DNA of 64,000 nucleotides. Source: Yuukianura sp. NJ FZ-2021 (taxonomy: Eukaryota). Position numbers and translations under genes: made by a program. How positions within the stretch are numbered: the stretch's first letter is position 1; each line of letters begins with the position of its first letter. The stretch spans positions 62,001 to 126,000 of the forward strand of contig JAJCTO010000013.1 of NCBI GenBank assembly GCA_046563655.1, read 5' to 3'. Under the pieces are notes generated by a model that saw only the letters and a list, made by a program, of their open reading frames with translations, did not search any database and was not told where the DNA came from. Below, one piece after another: positions 51,701-64,000 of the stretch.

Positions 51701-54700
51701 TACCCAGTATTGTTCCGGAGCGCCGCTTTCTTGAATTTGTTGTTTTGAAACATGAATTTTCATAAATAAAGGTAACAAGATGAGGGACGACACAGCAAGT
51801 GAAAGTGGGTTCCTGTAGCACTTTTTATGAGGAATTCAGAAATGTAGTTGACTTTTACCCAGCATCGTTCCGGAATGCATTTCTTTTGAATTCTTTGTTT
51901 TGAAACATGAATTTTCATAAATAAAGGTAACAAGATGAGGGACGACACAGCAAGTGAAAGTAGATTCCTGTAGCACTTTTTATGAGGATTTCAAAAATGT
52001 AATTTACTTTACGTTCATTCTCACATTTGCATGTTCATTCTTACAAATTTAATTCGTTTTGCGTCAAAATGGTGCTCGGCATTACCCTGGGTGCGGTATA
52101 AAAACCCCAGATAAAATTCGAGGCGGAGCGATTAATCCCGACTTTTAAGTCCGCTCTATCCAGCTTTAATGGCGATCTATCCACACCAATTAAACTTGGG
52201 GTCCTGCAGTACTTTTCAGGAGGATTTCAGAAAAGTAAGTCATTTTTACCCGGCATCGTTCCGCACTTAGGTTTTTCGAATGTTTTGTTTTGAAACAAAT
52301 TTTTATAAATAAAATTAACGAGACCAGGGACGACACAGCAATTGAAATTGGGTTCATGTAGCCTTTTTTATGAGGATTTCAATACTGTAGTTGACTTTTA
52401 CCCAGTATTGTTCCGGAGCGCCGCTTTCTTGAATTTGTTGTTTTGAAACATGAATTTTCATAAATAAAGGTAACAAGATGAGGGACGACACAGCAAGTGA
52501 AAGTGGGTTCCTGTAGCACTTTTTATTAGGAATTCAGAAATGTAGTTGACTTTTACCCAGCATCGTTCAGGAATGCATTTCTTTTGAATTCTTTGTTTTG
52601 AAACATGAATTTTCATAAATAAAGGTAACAAGATGAGGGACGACACAGCAAGTGAAAGTAGATTCCTGTAGCACTTTTTATGAGGATTTCAAAAATGTAA
52701 TTTACTTTACGTTCATTCTCACATTTGCATGTTCATTCTTACAAATTTAATTCGTTTTGCGTCAAAATGGTGCTCGGCATTACCCTGGGTGCGGTATAAA
52801 AACCCCAGATAAAATTCGAGGCGGAGCGATTAATCCCGACTTTTAAGTCCGCTCTATCCAGCTTTAATGGCGATCTATCCACACCAATTAAACTTGGGGT
52901 CCTGCAGTACTTTTCAGGAGGATTTCAGAAAAGTAAGTCATTTTTACCCGGCATCGTTCCGCACTTAGGTTTTTCGAATGTTTTGTTTTGAAACAAATTT
53001 TTATAAATAAAATTAACGAGACCAGGGACGACACAGCAATTGAAATTGGGTTCATGTAGCCTTTTTTATGAGGATTTCAATACTGTAGTTGACTTTTACC
53101 CAGTATTGTTCCGGAGCGCCACTTTCTTGAATTTGTTGTTTTGAAACATGAATTTTCATAAATAAAGGTAACAAGATGAGGGACGACACAGCAAGTGAAA
53201 GTGGGTTCCTGTAGCACTTTTTATGAGGAATTCAGAAATGTAGTTGACTTTTACCCAGCATCGTTCAGGAATGCATTTCTTTTGAATTTTTTTGTTTTGA
53301 AACATGAATTTTCATAAATAAAGGTAACAAGATGAGGGACGACACAGCAAGTGAAAGTAGATTCCTGTAGCACTTTTTATGAGGATTTCAAAAATGTAAT
53401 TTACTTTACGTTCATTCTCACATTTGCATGTTCATTCTTACAAATTTAATTCGTTTTGCGTCAAAATGGTGCTCGGCATTACCCTGGGTGCGGTATAAAA
53501 ACCCCAGATAAAATTCGAGGCGGAGCGATTAATCCCGACTTTTAAGTCCGCTCTATCCAGCTTTAATGGCGATCTATCCACACCAATTAAACTTGGGGTC
53601 CTGCAGTACTTTTCAGGAGGATTTCAGAAAAGTAAGTCATTTTTACCCGGCATCGTTCCGCACTTAGGTTTTTCGAATGTTTTGTTTTGAAACAAATTTT
53701 TATAAATAAAATTAACGAGACCAGGGACGACACAGCAATTGAAATTGGGTTCATGTAGCCTTTTTTATGAGGATTTCAATACTGTAGTTGACTTTTACCC
53801 AGTATTGTTCCGGAGCGCCGCTTTCTTGAATTTGTTGTTTTGAAACATGAATTTTCATAAATAAAGGTAACAAGATGAGGGACGACACAGCAAGTGAAAG
53901 TGGGTTCCTGTAGCACTTTTTATGAGGAATTCAGAAATGTAGTTGACTTTTACCCAGCATCGTTCAGGAATGCATTTCTTTTGAATTCTTTGTTTTGAAA
54001 CATGAATTTTCATAAATAAAGGTAACAAGATGAGGGACGACACAGCAAGTGAAAGTAGATTCCTGTAGCACTTTTTATGAGGATTTCAAAAATGTAATTT
54101 ACTTTACGTTCATTCTCACATTTGCATGTTCATTCTTACAAATTTAATTCGTTTTGCGTCAAAATGGTGCTCGGCATTACCCTGGGTGCGGTATAAAAAC
54201 CCCAGATAAAATTCGAGGCGGAGCGATTAATCCCGACTTTTAAGTCCGCTCTATCCAGCTTTAATGGCGATCTATCCACACCAATTAAACTTGGGGTCCT
54301 GCAGTACTTTTCAGGAGGATTTCAGAAAAGTAAGTCATTTTTACCCGGCATCGTTCCGCACTTAGGTTTTTCGAATGTTTTGTTTTGAAACAAATTTTTA
54401 TAAATAAAATTAACGAGACCAGGGACGACACAGCAATTGAAATTGGGTTCATGTAGCCTTTTTTATGAGGATTTCAATACTGTAGTTGACTTTTACCCAG
54501 TATTGTTCCGGAGCGCCGCTTTCTTGAATTTGTTGTTTTGAAACATGAATTTTCATAAATAAAGGTAACAAGATGAGGGACGACACAGCAAGTGAAAGTG
54601 GGTTCCTGTAGCACTTTTTATTAGGAATTCAGAAATGTAGTTGACTTTTACCCAGCATCGTTCAGGAATGCATTTCTTTTGAATTTTTTTGTTTTGAAAC

Positions 54701-57700
54701 ATGAATTTTCATAAATAAAGGTAACAAGATGAGGGACAACACAGCAAGTGAAAGTAGATTCCTGTAGCACTTTTTATGAGGATTTCAAAAATGTAATTTA
54801 CTTTACGTTCATTCTCACATTTGCATGTTCATTCTTACAAATTTAATTCGTTTTGCGTCAAAATGGTGCTCGGCATTACCCTGGGTGCGGTATAAAAACC
54901 CCAGATAAAATTCGAGGCGGAGCGATTAATCCCGACTTTTAAGTCCGCTCTATCCAGCTTTAATGGCGATCTATCCACACCAATTAAACTTGGGGTCCTG
55001 CAGTACTTTTCAGGAGGATTTCAGAAAAGTAAGTCATTTTTACCCGGCATCGTTCCGCACTTAGGTTTTTCGAATGTTTTGTTTTGAAACAAATTTTTAT
55101 AAATAAAATTAACGAGACCAGGGACGACACAGCAATTGAAATTGGGTTCATGTAGCCTTTTTTATGAGGATTTCAATACTGTAGTTGACTTTTACCCAGT
55201 ATTGTTCCGGAGCGCCGCTTTCTTGAATTTGTTGTTTTGAAACATGAATTTTCATAAATAAAGGTAACAAGATGAGGGACGACACAGCAAGTGAAAGTGG
55301 GTTCCTGTAGCACTTTTTATGAGGAATTCAGAAATGTAGTTGACTTTTACCCAGCATCGTTCAGGAATGCATTTCTTTTGAATTCTTTGTTTTGAAACAT
55401 GAATTTTCATAAATAAAGGTAACAAGATGAGGGACGACACAGCAAGTGAAAGTAGATTCCTGTAGCACTTTTTATGAGGATTTCAAAAATGTAATTTACT
55501 TTACGTTCATTCTCACATTTGCATGTTCATTCTTACAAATTTAATTCGTTTTGCGTCAAAATGGTGCTCGGCATTACCCTGGGTGCGGTATAAAAACCCC
55601 AGATAAAATTCGAGGCGGAGCGATTAATCCCGACTTTTAAGTCCGCTCTATCCAGCTTTAATGGCGATCTATCCACACCAATTAAACTTGGGGTCCTGCA
55701 GTACTTTTCAGGAGGATTTCAGAAAAGTAAGTCATTTTTACCCGGCATCGTTCCGCACTTAGGTTTTTCGAATGTTTTGTTTTGAAACAAATTTTTATAA
55801 ATAAAATTAACGAGACCAGGGACGACACAGCAATTGAAATTGGGTTCATGTAGCCTTTTTTATGAGGATTTCAATACTGTAGTTGACTTTTACCCAGTAT
55901 TGTTCCGGAGCGCCGCTTTCTTGAATTTGTTGTTTTGAAACATGAATTTTCATAAATAAAGGTAACAAGATGAGGGACGACACAGCAAGTGAAAGTGGGT
56001 TCCTGTAGCACTTTTTATGAGGAATTCAGAAATGTAGTTGACTTTTACCCAGCATCGTTCAGGAATGCATTTCTTTTGAATTTTTTTGTTTTGAAACATG
56101 AATTTTCATAAATAAAGGTAACAAGATGAGGGACGACACAGCAAGTGAAAGTAGATTCCTGTAGCACTTTTTATGAGGATTTCAAAAATGTAATTTACTT
56201 TACGTTCATTCTCACATTTGCATGTTCATTCTTACAAATTTAATTCGTTTTGCGTCAAAATGGTGCTCGGCATTACCCTGGGTGCGGTATAAAAACCCCA
56301 GATAAAATTCGAGGCGGAGCGATTAATCCCGACTTTTAAGTCCGCTCTATCCAGCTTTAATGGCGATCTATCCACACCAATTAAACTTGGGGTCCTGCAG
56401 TACTTTTCAGGAGGATTTCAGAAAAGTAAGTCATTTTTACCCGGCATCGTTCCGCACTTAGGTTTTTCGAATGTTTTGTTTTGAAACAAATTTTTATAAA
56501 TAAAATTAACGAGACCAGGGACGACACAGCAATTGAAATTGGGTTCATGTAGCCTTTTTTATGAGGATTTCAATACTGTAGTTGACTTTTACCCAGTATT
56601 GTTCCGGAGCGCCGCTTTCTTGAATTTGTTGTTTTGAAACATGAATTTTCATAAATAAAGGTAACAAGATGAGGGACGACACAGCAAGTGAAAGTGGGTT
56701 CCTGTAGCACTTTTTATTAGGAATTCAGAAATGTAGTTGACTTTTACCCAGCATCGTTCAGGAATGCATTTCTTTTGAATTTTTTTGTTTTGAAACATGA
56801 ATTTTCATAAATAAAGGTAACAAGATGAGGGACAACACAGCAAGTGAAAGTAGATTCCTGTAGCACTTTTTATGAGGATTTCAAAAATGTAATTTACTTT
56901 ACGTTCATTCTCACATTTGCATGTTCATTCTTACAAATTTAATTCGTTTTGCGTCAAAATGGTGCTCGGCATTACCCTGGGTGCGGTATAAAAACCCCAG
57001 ATAAAATTCGAGGCGGAGCGATTAATCCCGACTTTTAAGTCCGCTCTATCCAGCTTTAATGGCGATCTATCCACACCAATTAAACTTGGGGTCCTGCAGT
57101 ACTTTTCAGGAGGATTTCAGAAAAGTAAGTCATTTTTACCCGGCATCGTTCCGCACTTAGGTTTTTCGAATGTTTTGTTTTGAAACAAATTTTTATAAAT
57201 AAAATTAACGAGACCAGGGACGACACAGCAATTGAAATTGGGTTCATGTAGCCTTTTTTATGAGGATTTCAATACTGTAGTTGACTTTTACCCAGTATTG
57301 TTCCGGAGCGCCGCTTTCTTGAATTTGTTGTTTTGAAACATGAATTTTCATAAATAAAGGTAACAAGATGAGGGACGACACAGCAAGTGAAAGTGGGTTC
57401 CTGTAGCACTTTTTATGAGGAATTCAGAAATGTAGTTGACTTTTACCCAGCATCGTTCAGGAATGCATTTCTTTTGAATTCTTTGTTTTGAAACATGAAT
57501 TTTCATAAATAAAGGTAACAAGATGAGGGACGACACAGCAAGTGAAAGTAGATTCCTGTAGCACTTTTTATGAGGATTTCAAAAATGTAATTTACTTTAC
57601 GTTCATTCTCACATTTGCATGTTCATTCTTACAAATTTAATTCGTTTTGCGTCAAAATGGTGCTCGGCATTACCCTGGGTGCGGTATAAAAACCCCAGAT

Positions 57701-60700
57701 AAAATTCGAGGCGGAGCGATTAATCCCGACTTTTAAGTCCGCTCTATCCAGCTTTAATGGCGATCTATCCACACCAATTAAACTTGGGGTCCTGCAGTAC
57801 TTTTCAGGAGGATTTCAGAAAAGTAAGTCATTTTTACCCGGCATCGTTCCGCACTTAGGTTTTTCGAATGTTTTGTTTTGAAACAAATTTTTATAAATAA
57901 AATTAACGAGACCAGGGACGACACAGCAATTGAAATTGGGTTCATGTAGCCTTTTTTATGAGGATTTCAATACTGTAGTTGACTTTTACCCAGTATTGTT
58001 CCGGAGCGCCGCTTTCTTGAATTTGTTGTTTTGAAACATGAATTTTCATAAATAAAGGTAACAAGATGAGGGACGACACAGCAAGTGAAAGTGGGTTCCT
58101 GTAGCACTTTTTATTAGGAATTCAGAAATGTAGTTGACTTTTACCCAGCATCGTTCAGGAATGCATTTCTTTTGAATTTTTTTGTTTTGAAACATGAATT
58201 TTCATAAATAAAGGTAACAAGATGAGGGACAACACAGCAAGTGAAAGTAGATTCCTGTAGCACTTTTTATGAGGATTTCAAAAATGTAATTTACTTTACG
58301 TTCATTCTCACATTTGCATGTTCATTCTTACAAATTTAATTCGTTTTGCGTCAAAATGGTGCTCGGCATTACCCTGGGTGCGGTATAAAAACCCCAGATA
58401 AAATTCGAGGCGGAGCGATTAATCCCGACTTTTAAGTCCGCTCTATCCAGCTTTAATGGCGATCTATCCACACCAATTAAACTTGGGGTCCTGCAGTACT
58501 TTTCAGGAGGATTTCAGAAAAGTAAGTCATTTTTACCCGGCATCGTTCCGCACTTAGGTTTTTCGAATGTTTTGTTTTGAAACAAATTTTTATAAATAAA
58601 ATTAACGAGACCAGGGACGACACAGCAATTGAAATTGGGTTCATGTAGCCTTTTTTATGAGGATTTCAATACTGTAGTTGACTTTTACCCAGTATTGTTC
58701 CGGAGCGCCGCTTTCTTGAATTTGTTGTTTTGAAACATGAATTTTCATAAATAAAGGTAACAAGATGAGGGACGACACAGCAAGTGAAAGTGGGTTCCTG
58801 TAGCACTTTTTATGAGGAATTCAGAAATGTAGTTGACTTTTACCCAGCATCGTTCCGGAATGCATTTCTTTTGAATTCTTTGTTTTGAAACATGAATTTT
58901 CATAAATAAAGGTAACAAGATGAGGGACGACACAGCAAGTGAAAGTAGATTCCTGTAGCACTTTTTATGAGGATTTCAAAAATGTAATTTACTTTACGTT
59001 CATTCTCACATTTGCATGTTCATTCTTACAAATTTAATTCGTTTTGCGTCAAAATGGTGCTCGGCATTACCCTGGGTGCGGTATAAAAACCCCAGATAAA
59101 ATTCGAGGCGGAGCGATTAATCCCGACTTTTAAGTCCGCTCTATCCAGCTTTAATGGCGATCTATCCACACCAATTAAACTTGGGGTCCTGCAGTACTTT
59201 TCAGGAGGATTTCAGAAAAGTAAGTCATTTTTACCCGGCATCGTTCCGCACTTAGGTTTTTCGAATGTTTTGTTTTGAAACAAATTTTTATAAATAAAAT
59301 TAACGAGACCAGGGACGACACAGCAATTGAAATTGGGTTCATGTAGCCTTTTTTATGAGGATTTCAATACTGTAGTTGACTTTTACCCAGTATTGTTCCG
59401 GAGCGCCGCTTTCTTGAATTTGTTGTTTTGAAACATGAATTTTCATAAATAAAGGTAACAAGATGAGGGACGACACAGCAAGTGAAAGTGGGTTCCTGTA
59501 GCACTTTTTATTAGGAATTCAGAAATGTAGTTGACTTTTACCCAGCATCGTTCAGGAATGCATTTCTTTTGAATTCTTTGTTTTGAAACATGAATTTTCA
59601 TAAATAAAGGTAACAAGATGAGGGACGACACAGCAAGTGAAAGTAGATTCCTGTAGCACTTTTTATGAGGATTTCAAAAATGTAATTTACTTTACGTTCA
59701 TTCTCACATTTGCATGTTCATTCTTACAAATTTAATTCGTTTTGCGTCAAAATGGTGCTCGGCATTACCCTGGGTGCGGTATAAAAACCCCAGATAAAAT
59801 TCGAGGCGGAGCGATTAATCCCGACTTTTAAGTCCGCTCTATCCAGCTTTAATGGCGATCTATCCACACCAATTAAACTTGGGGTCCTGCAGTACTTTTC
59901 AGGAGGATTTCAGAAAAGTAAGTCATTTTTACCCGGCATCGTTCCGCACTTAGGTTTTTCGAATGTTTTGTTTTGAAACAAATTTTTATAAATAAAATTA
60001 ACGAGACCAGGGACGACACAGCAATTGAAATTGGGTTCATGTAGCCTTTTTTATGAGGATTTCAATACTGTAGTTGACTTTTACCCAGTATTGTTCCGGA
60101 GCGCCGCTTTCTTGAATTTGTTGTTTTGAAACATGAATTTTCATAAATAAAGGTAACAAGATGAGGGACGACACAGCAAGTGAAAGTGGGTTCCTGTAGC
60201 ACTTTTTATGAGGAATTCAGAAATGTAGTTGACTTTTACCCAGCATCGTTCAGGAATGCATTTCTTTTGAATTCTTTGTTTTGAAACATGAATTTTCATA
60301 AATAAAGGTAACAAGATGAGGGACGACACAGCAAGTGAAAGTAGATTCCTGTAGCACTTTTTATGAGGATTTCAAAAATGTAATTTACTTTACGTTCATT
60401 CTCACATTTGCATGTTCATTCTTACAAATTTAATTCGTTTTGCGTCAAAATGGTGCTCGGCATTACCCTGGGTGCGGTATAAAAACCCCAGATAAAATTC
60501 GAGGCGGAGCGATTAATCCCGACTTTTAAGTCCGCTCTATCCAGCTTTAATGGCGATCTATCCACACCAATTAAACTTGGGGTCCTGCAGTACTTTTCAG
60601 GAGGATTTCAGAAAAGTAAGTCATTTTTACCCGGCATCGTTCCGCACTTAGGTTTTTCGAATGTTTTGTTTTGAAACAAATTTTTATAAATAAAATTAAC

Positions 60701-63700
60701 GAGACCAGGGACGACACAGCAATTGAAATTGGGTTCATGTAGCCTTTTTTATGAGGATTTCAATACTGTAGTTGACTTTTACCCAGTATTGTTCCGGAGC
60801 GCCGCTTTCTTGAATTTGTTGTTTTGAAACATGAATTTTCATAAATAAAGGTAACAAGATGAGGGACGACACAGCAAGTGAAAGTGGGTTCCTGTAGCAC
60901 TTTTTATGAGGAATTCAGAAATGTAGTTGACTTTTACCCAGCATCGTTCAGGAATGCATTTCTTTTGAATTTTTTGTTTTGAAACATGAATTTTCATAAA
61001 TAAAGGTAACAAGATGAGGGACGACACAGCAAGTGAAAGTAGATTCCTGTAGCACTTTTTATGAGGATTTCAAAAATGTAATTTACTTTACGTTCATTCT
61101 CACATTTGCATGTTCATTCTTACAAATTTAATTCGTTTTGCGTCAAAATGGTGCTCGGCATTACCCTGGGTGCGGTATAAAAACCCCAGATAAAATTCGA
61201 GGCGGAGCGATTAATCCCGACTTTTAAGTCCGCTCTATCCAGCTTTAATGGCGATCTATCCACACCAATTAAACTTGGGGTCCTGCAGTACTTTTCAGGA
61301 GGATTTCAGAAAAGTAAGTCATTTTTACCCGGCATCGTTCCGCACTTAGGTTTTTCGAATGTTTTGTTTTGAAACAAATTTTTATAAATAAAATTAACGA
61401 GACCAGGGACGACACAGCAATTGAAATTGGGTTCATGTAGCCTTTTTTATGAGGATTTCAATACTGTAGTTGACTTTTACCCAGTATTGTTCCGGAGCGC
61501 CGCTTTCTTGAATTTGTTGTTTTGAAACATGAATTTTCATAAATAAAGGTAACAAGATGAGGGACGACACAGCAAGTGAAAGTGGGTTCCTGTAGCACTT
61601 TTTATGAGGAATTCAGAAATGTAGTTGACTTTTACCCAGCATCGTTCCGGAATGCATTTCTTTTGAATTCTTTGTTTTGAAACATGAATTTTCATAAATA
61701 AAGGTAACAAGATGAGGGACGACACAGCAAGTGAAAGTAGATTCCTGTAGCACTTTTTATGAGGATTTCAAAAATGTAATTTACTTTACGTTCATTCTCA
61801 CATTTGCATGTTCATTCTTACAAATTTAATTCGTTTTGCGTCAAAATGGTGCTCGGCATTACCCTGGGTGCGGTATAAAAACCCCAGATAAAATTCGAGG
61901 CGGAGCGATTAATCCCGACTTTTAAGTCCGCTCTATCCAGCTTTAATGGCGATCTATCCACACCAATTAAACTTGGGGTCCTGCAGTACTTTTCAGGAGG
62001 ATTTCAGAAAAGTAAGTCATTTTTACCCGGCATCGTTCCGCACTTAGGTTTTTCGAATGTTTTGTTTTGAAACAAATTTTTATAAATAAAATTAACGAGA
62101 CCAGGGACGACACAGCAATTGAAATTGGGTTCATGTAGCCTTTTTTATGAGGATTTCAATACTGTAGTTGACTTTTACCCAGTATTGTTCCGGAGCGCCG
62201 CTTTCTTGAATTTGTTGTTTTGAAACATGAATTTTCATAAATAAAGGTAACAAGATGAGGGACGACACAGCAAGTGAAAGTGGGTTCCTGTAGCACTTTT
62301 TATTAGGAATTCAGAAATGTAGTTGACTTTTACCCAGCATCGTTCAGGAATGCATTTCTTTTGAATTTTTTTGTTTTGAAACATGAATTTTCATAAATAA
62401 AGGTAACAAGATGAGGGACGACACAGCAAGTGAAAGTAGATTCCTGTAGCACTTTTTATGAGGATTTCAAAAATGTAATTTACTTTACGTTCATTCTCAC
62501 ATTTGCATGTTCATTCTTACAAATTTAATTCGTTTTGCGTCAAAATGGTGCTCGGCATTACCCTGGGTGCGGTATAAAAACCCCAGATAAAATTCGAGGC
62601 GGAGCGATTAATCCCGACTTTTAAGTCCGCTCTATCCAGCTTTAATGGCGATCTATCCACACCAATTAAACTTGGGGTCCTGCAGTACTTTTCAGGAGGA
62701 TTTCAGAAAAGTAAGTCATTTTTACCCGGCATCGTTCCGCACTTAGGTTTTTCGAATGTTTTGTTTTGAAACAAATTTTTATAAATAAAATTAACGAGAC
62801 CAGGGACGACACAGCAATTGAAATTGGGTTCATGTAGCCTTTTTTATGAGGATTTCAATACTGTAGTTGACTTTTACCCAGTATTGTTCCGGAGCGCCGC
62901 TTTCTTGAATTTGTTGTTTTGAAACATGAATTTTCATAAATAAAGGTAACAAGATGAGGGACGACACAGCAAGTGAAAGTGGGTTCCTGTAGCACTTTTT
63001 ATGAGGAATTCAGAAATGTAGTTGACTTTTACCCAGCATCGTTCCGGAATGCATTTCTTTTGAATTCTTTGTTTTGAAACATGAATTTTCATAAATAAAG
63101 GTAACAAGATGAGGGACGACACAGCAAGTGAAAGTAGATTCCTGTAGCACTTTTTATGAGGATTTCAAAAATGTAATTTACTTTACGTTCATTCTCACAT
63201 TTGCATGTTCATTCTTACAAATTTAATTCGTTTTGCGTCAAAATGGTGCTCGGCATTACCCTGGGTGCGGTATAAAAACCCCAGATAAAATTCGAGGCGG
63301 AGCGATTAATCCCGACTTTTAAGTCCGCTCTATCCAGCTTTAATGGCGATCTATCCACACCAATTAAACTTGGGGTCCTGCAGTACTTTTCAGGAGGATT
63401 TCAGAAAAGTAAGTCATTTTTACCCGGCATCGTTCCGCACTTAGGTTTTTCGAATGTTTTGTTTTGAAACAAATTTTTATAAATAAAATTAACGAGACCA
63501 GGGACGACACAGCAATTGAAATTGGGTTCATGTAGCCTTTTTTATGAGGATTTCAATACTGTAGTTGACTTTTACCCAGTATTGTTCCGGAGCGCCGCTT
63601 TCTTGAATTTGTTGTTTTGAAACATGAATTTTCATAAATAAAGGTAACAAGATGAGGGACGACACAGCAAGTGAAAGTGGGTTCCTGTAGCACTTTTTAT

Positions 63701-64000
63701 GAGGAATTCAGAAATGTAGTTGACTTTTACCCAGCATCGTTCAGGAATGCATTTCTTTTGAATTTTTTTGTTTTGAAACATGAATTTTCATAAATAAAGG
63801 TAACAAGATGAGGGACGACACAGCAAGTGAAAGTAGATTCCTGTAGCACTTTTTATGAGGATTTCAAAAATGTAATTTACTTTACGTTCATTCTCACATT
63901 TGCATGTTCATTCTTACAAATTTAATTCGTTTTGCGTCAAAATGGTGCTCGGCATTACCCTGGGTGCGGTATAAAAACCCCAGATAAAATTCGAGGCGGA
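27734..64000. repeat. Satellite B tandem array, 698/699-bp unit, about 52 copies
   Basis: TCTATCCACACCAATT recurs at 27734, 28433 and onward. ORF spacings are sums of 698 and 699. Units differ at only about six recurrent sites. Confidence 0.98.
27745..28270. repeat. About 3.4 diverged ~155-bp subrepeats within each Sat B unit (first unit shown)
   Basis: GGGACGACACAGCAA at 27885, 28040 and 28196. GAGGATTTCA-like motif at 27778, 27930, 28085 and 28241. Confidence 0.92.

Noticed and set aside
28715..63122. Repeated 62-aa minus-strand ORF in Sat B
   Set aside because: No ATG start (GTG), and it is broken in every 699-bp unit by a 1-bp T-run difference. No domain is recognisable.

Overview
Eukaryotic (probably invertebrate) heterochromatic or centromere-like DNA with no recognisable host genes. 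Positions 1-27238 are a tandem satellite (Sat A, 407-bp monomer, about 64 units by length arithmetic) with 398-, 268- and 178-bp deletion variants that accumulate toward its right edge. A full-length Ty3/Gypsy (Mag-like) LTR retrotransposon sits on the minus strand at 18637-23275. It has identical 194-bp LTRs, a CTAAG target-site duplication, a tRNA-Ser-type PBS, a PPT and a gag-pol broken by two frameshifts. A unique ~500-bp spacer (27239-27733) begins at essentially the same monomer position as the retrotransposon insertion. It is followed by a very homogeneous 698/699-bp satellite (Sat B, about 52 copies to the window end), built from about 3.4 diverged ~155-bp subrepeats plus a ~170-bp hairpin-rich tail. 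The repeated 62-117 aa ORFs are satellite artefacts. All comparisons were made by eye, with no database searches.
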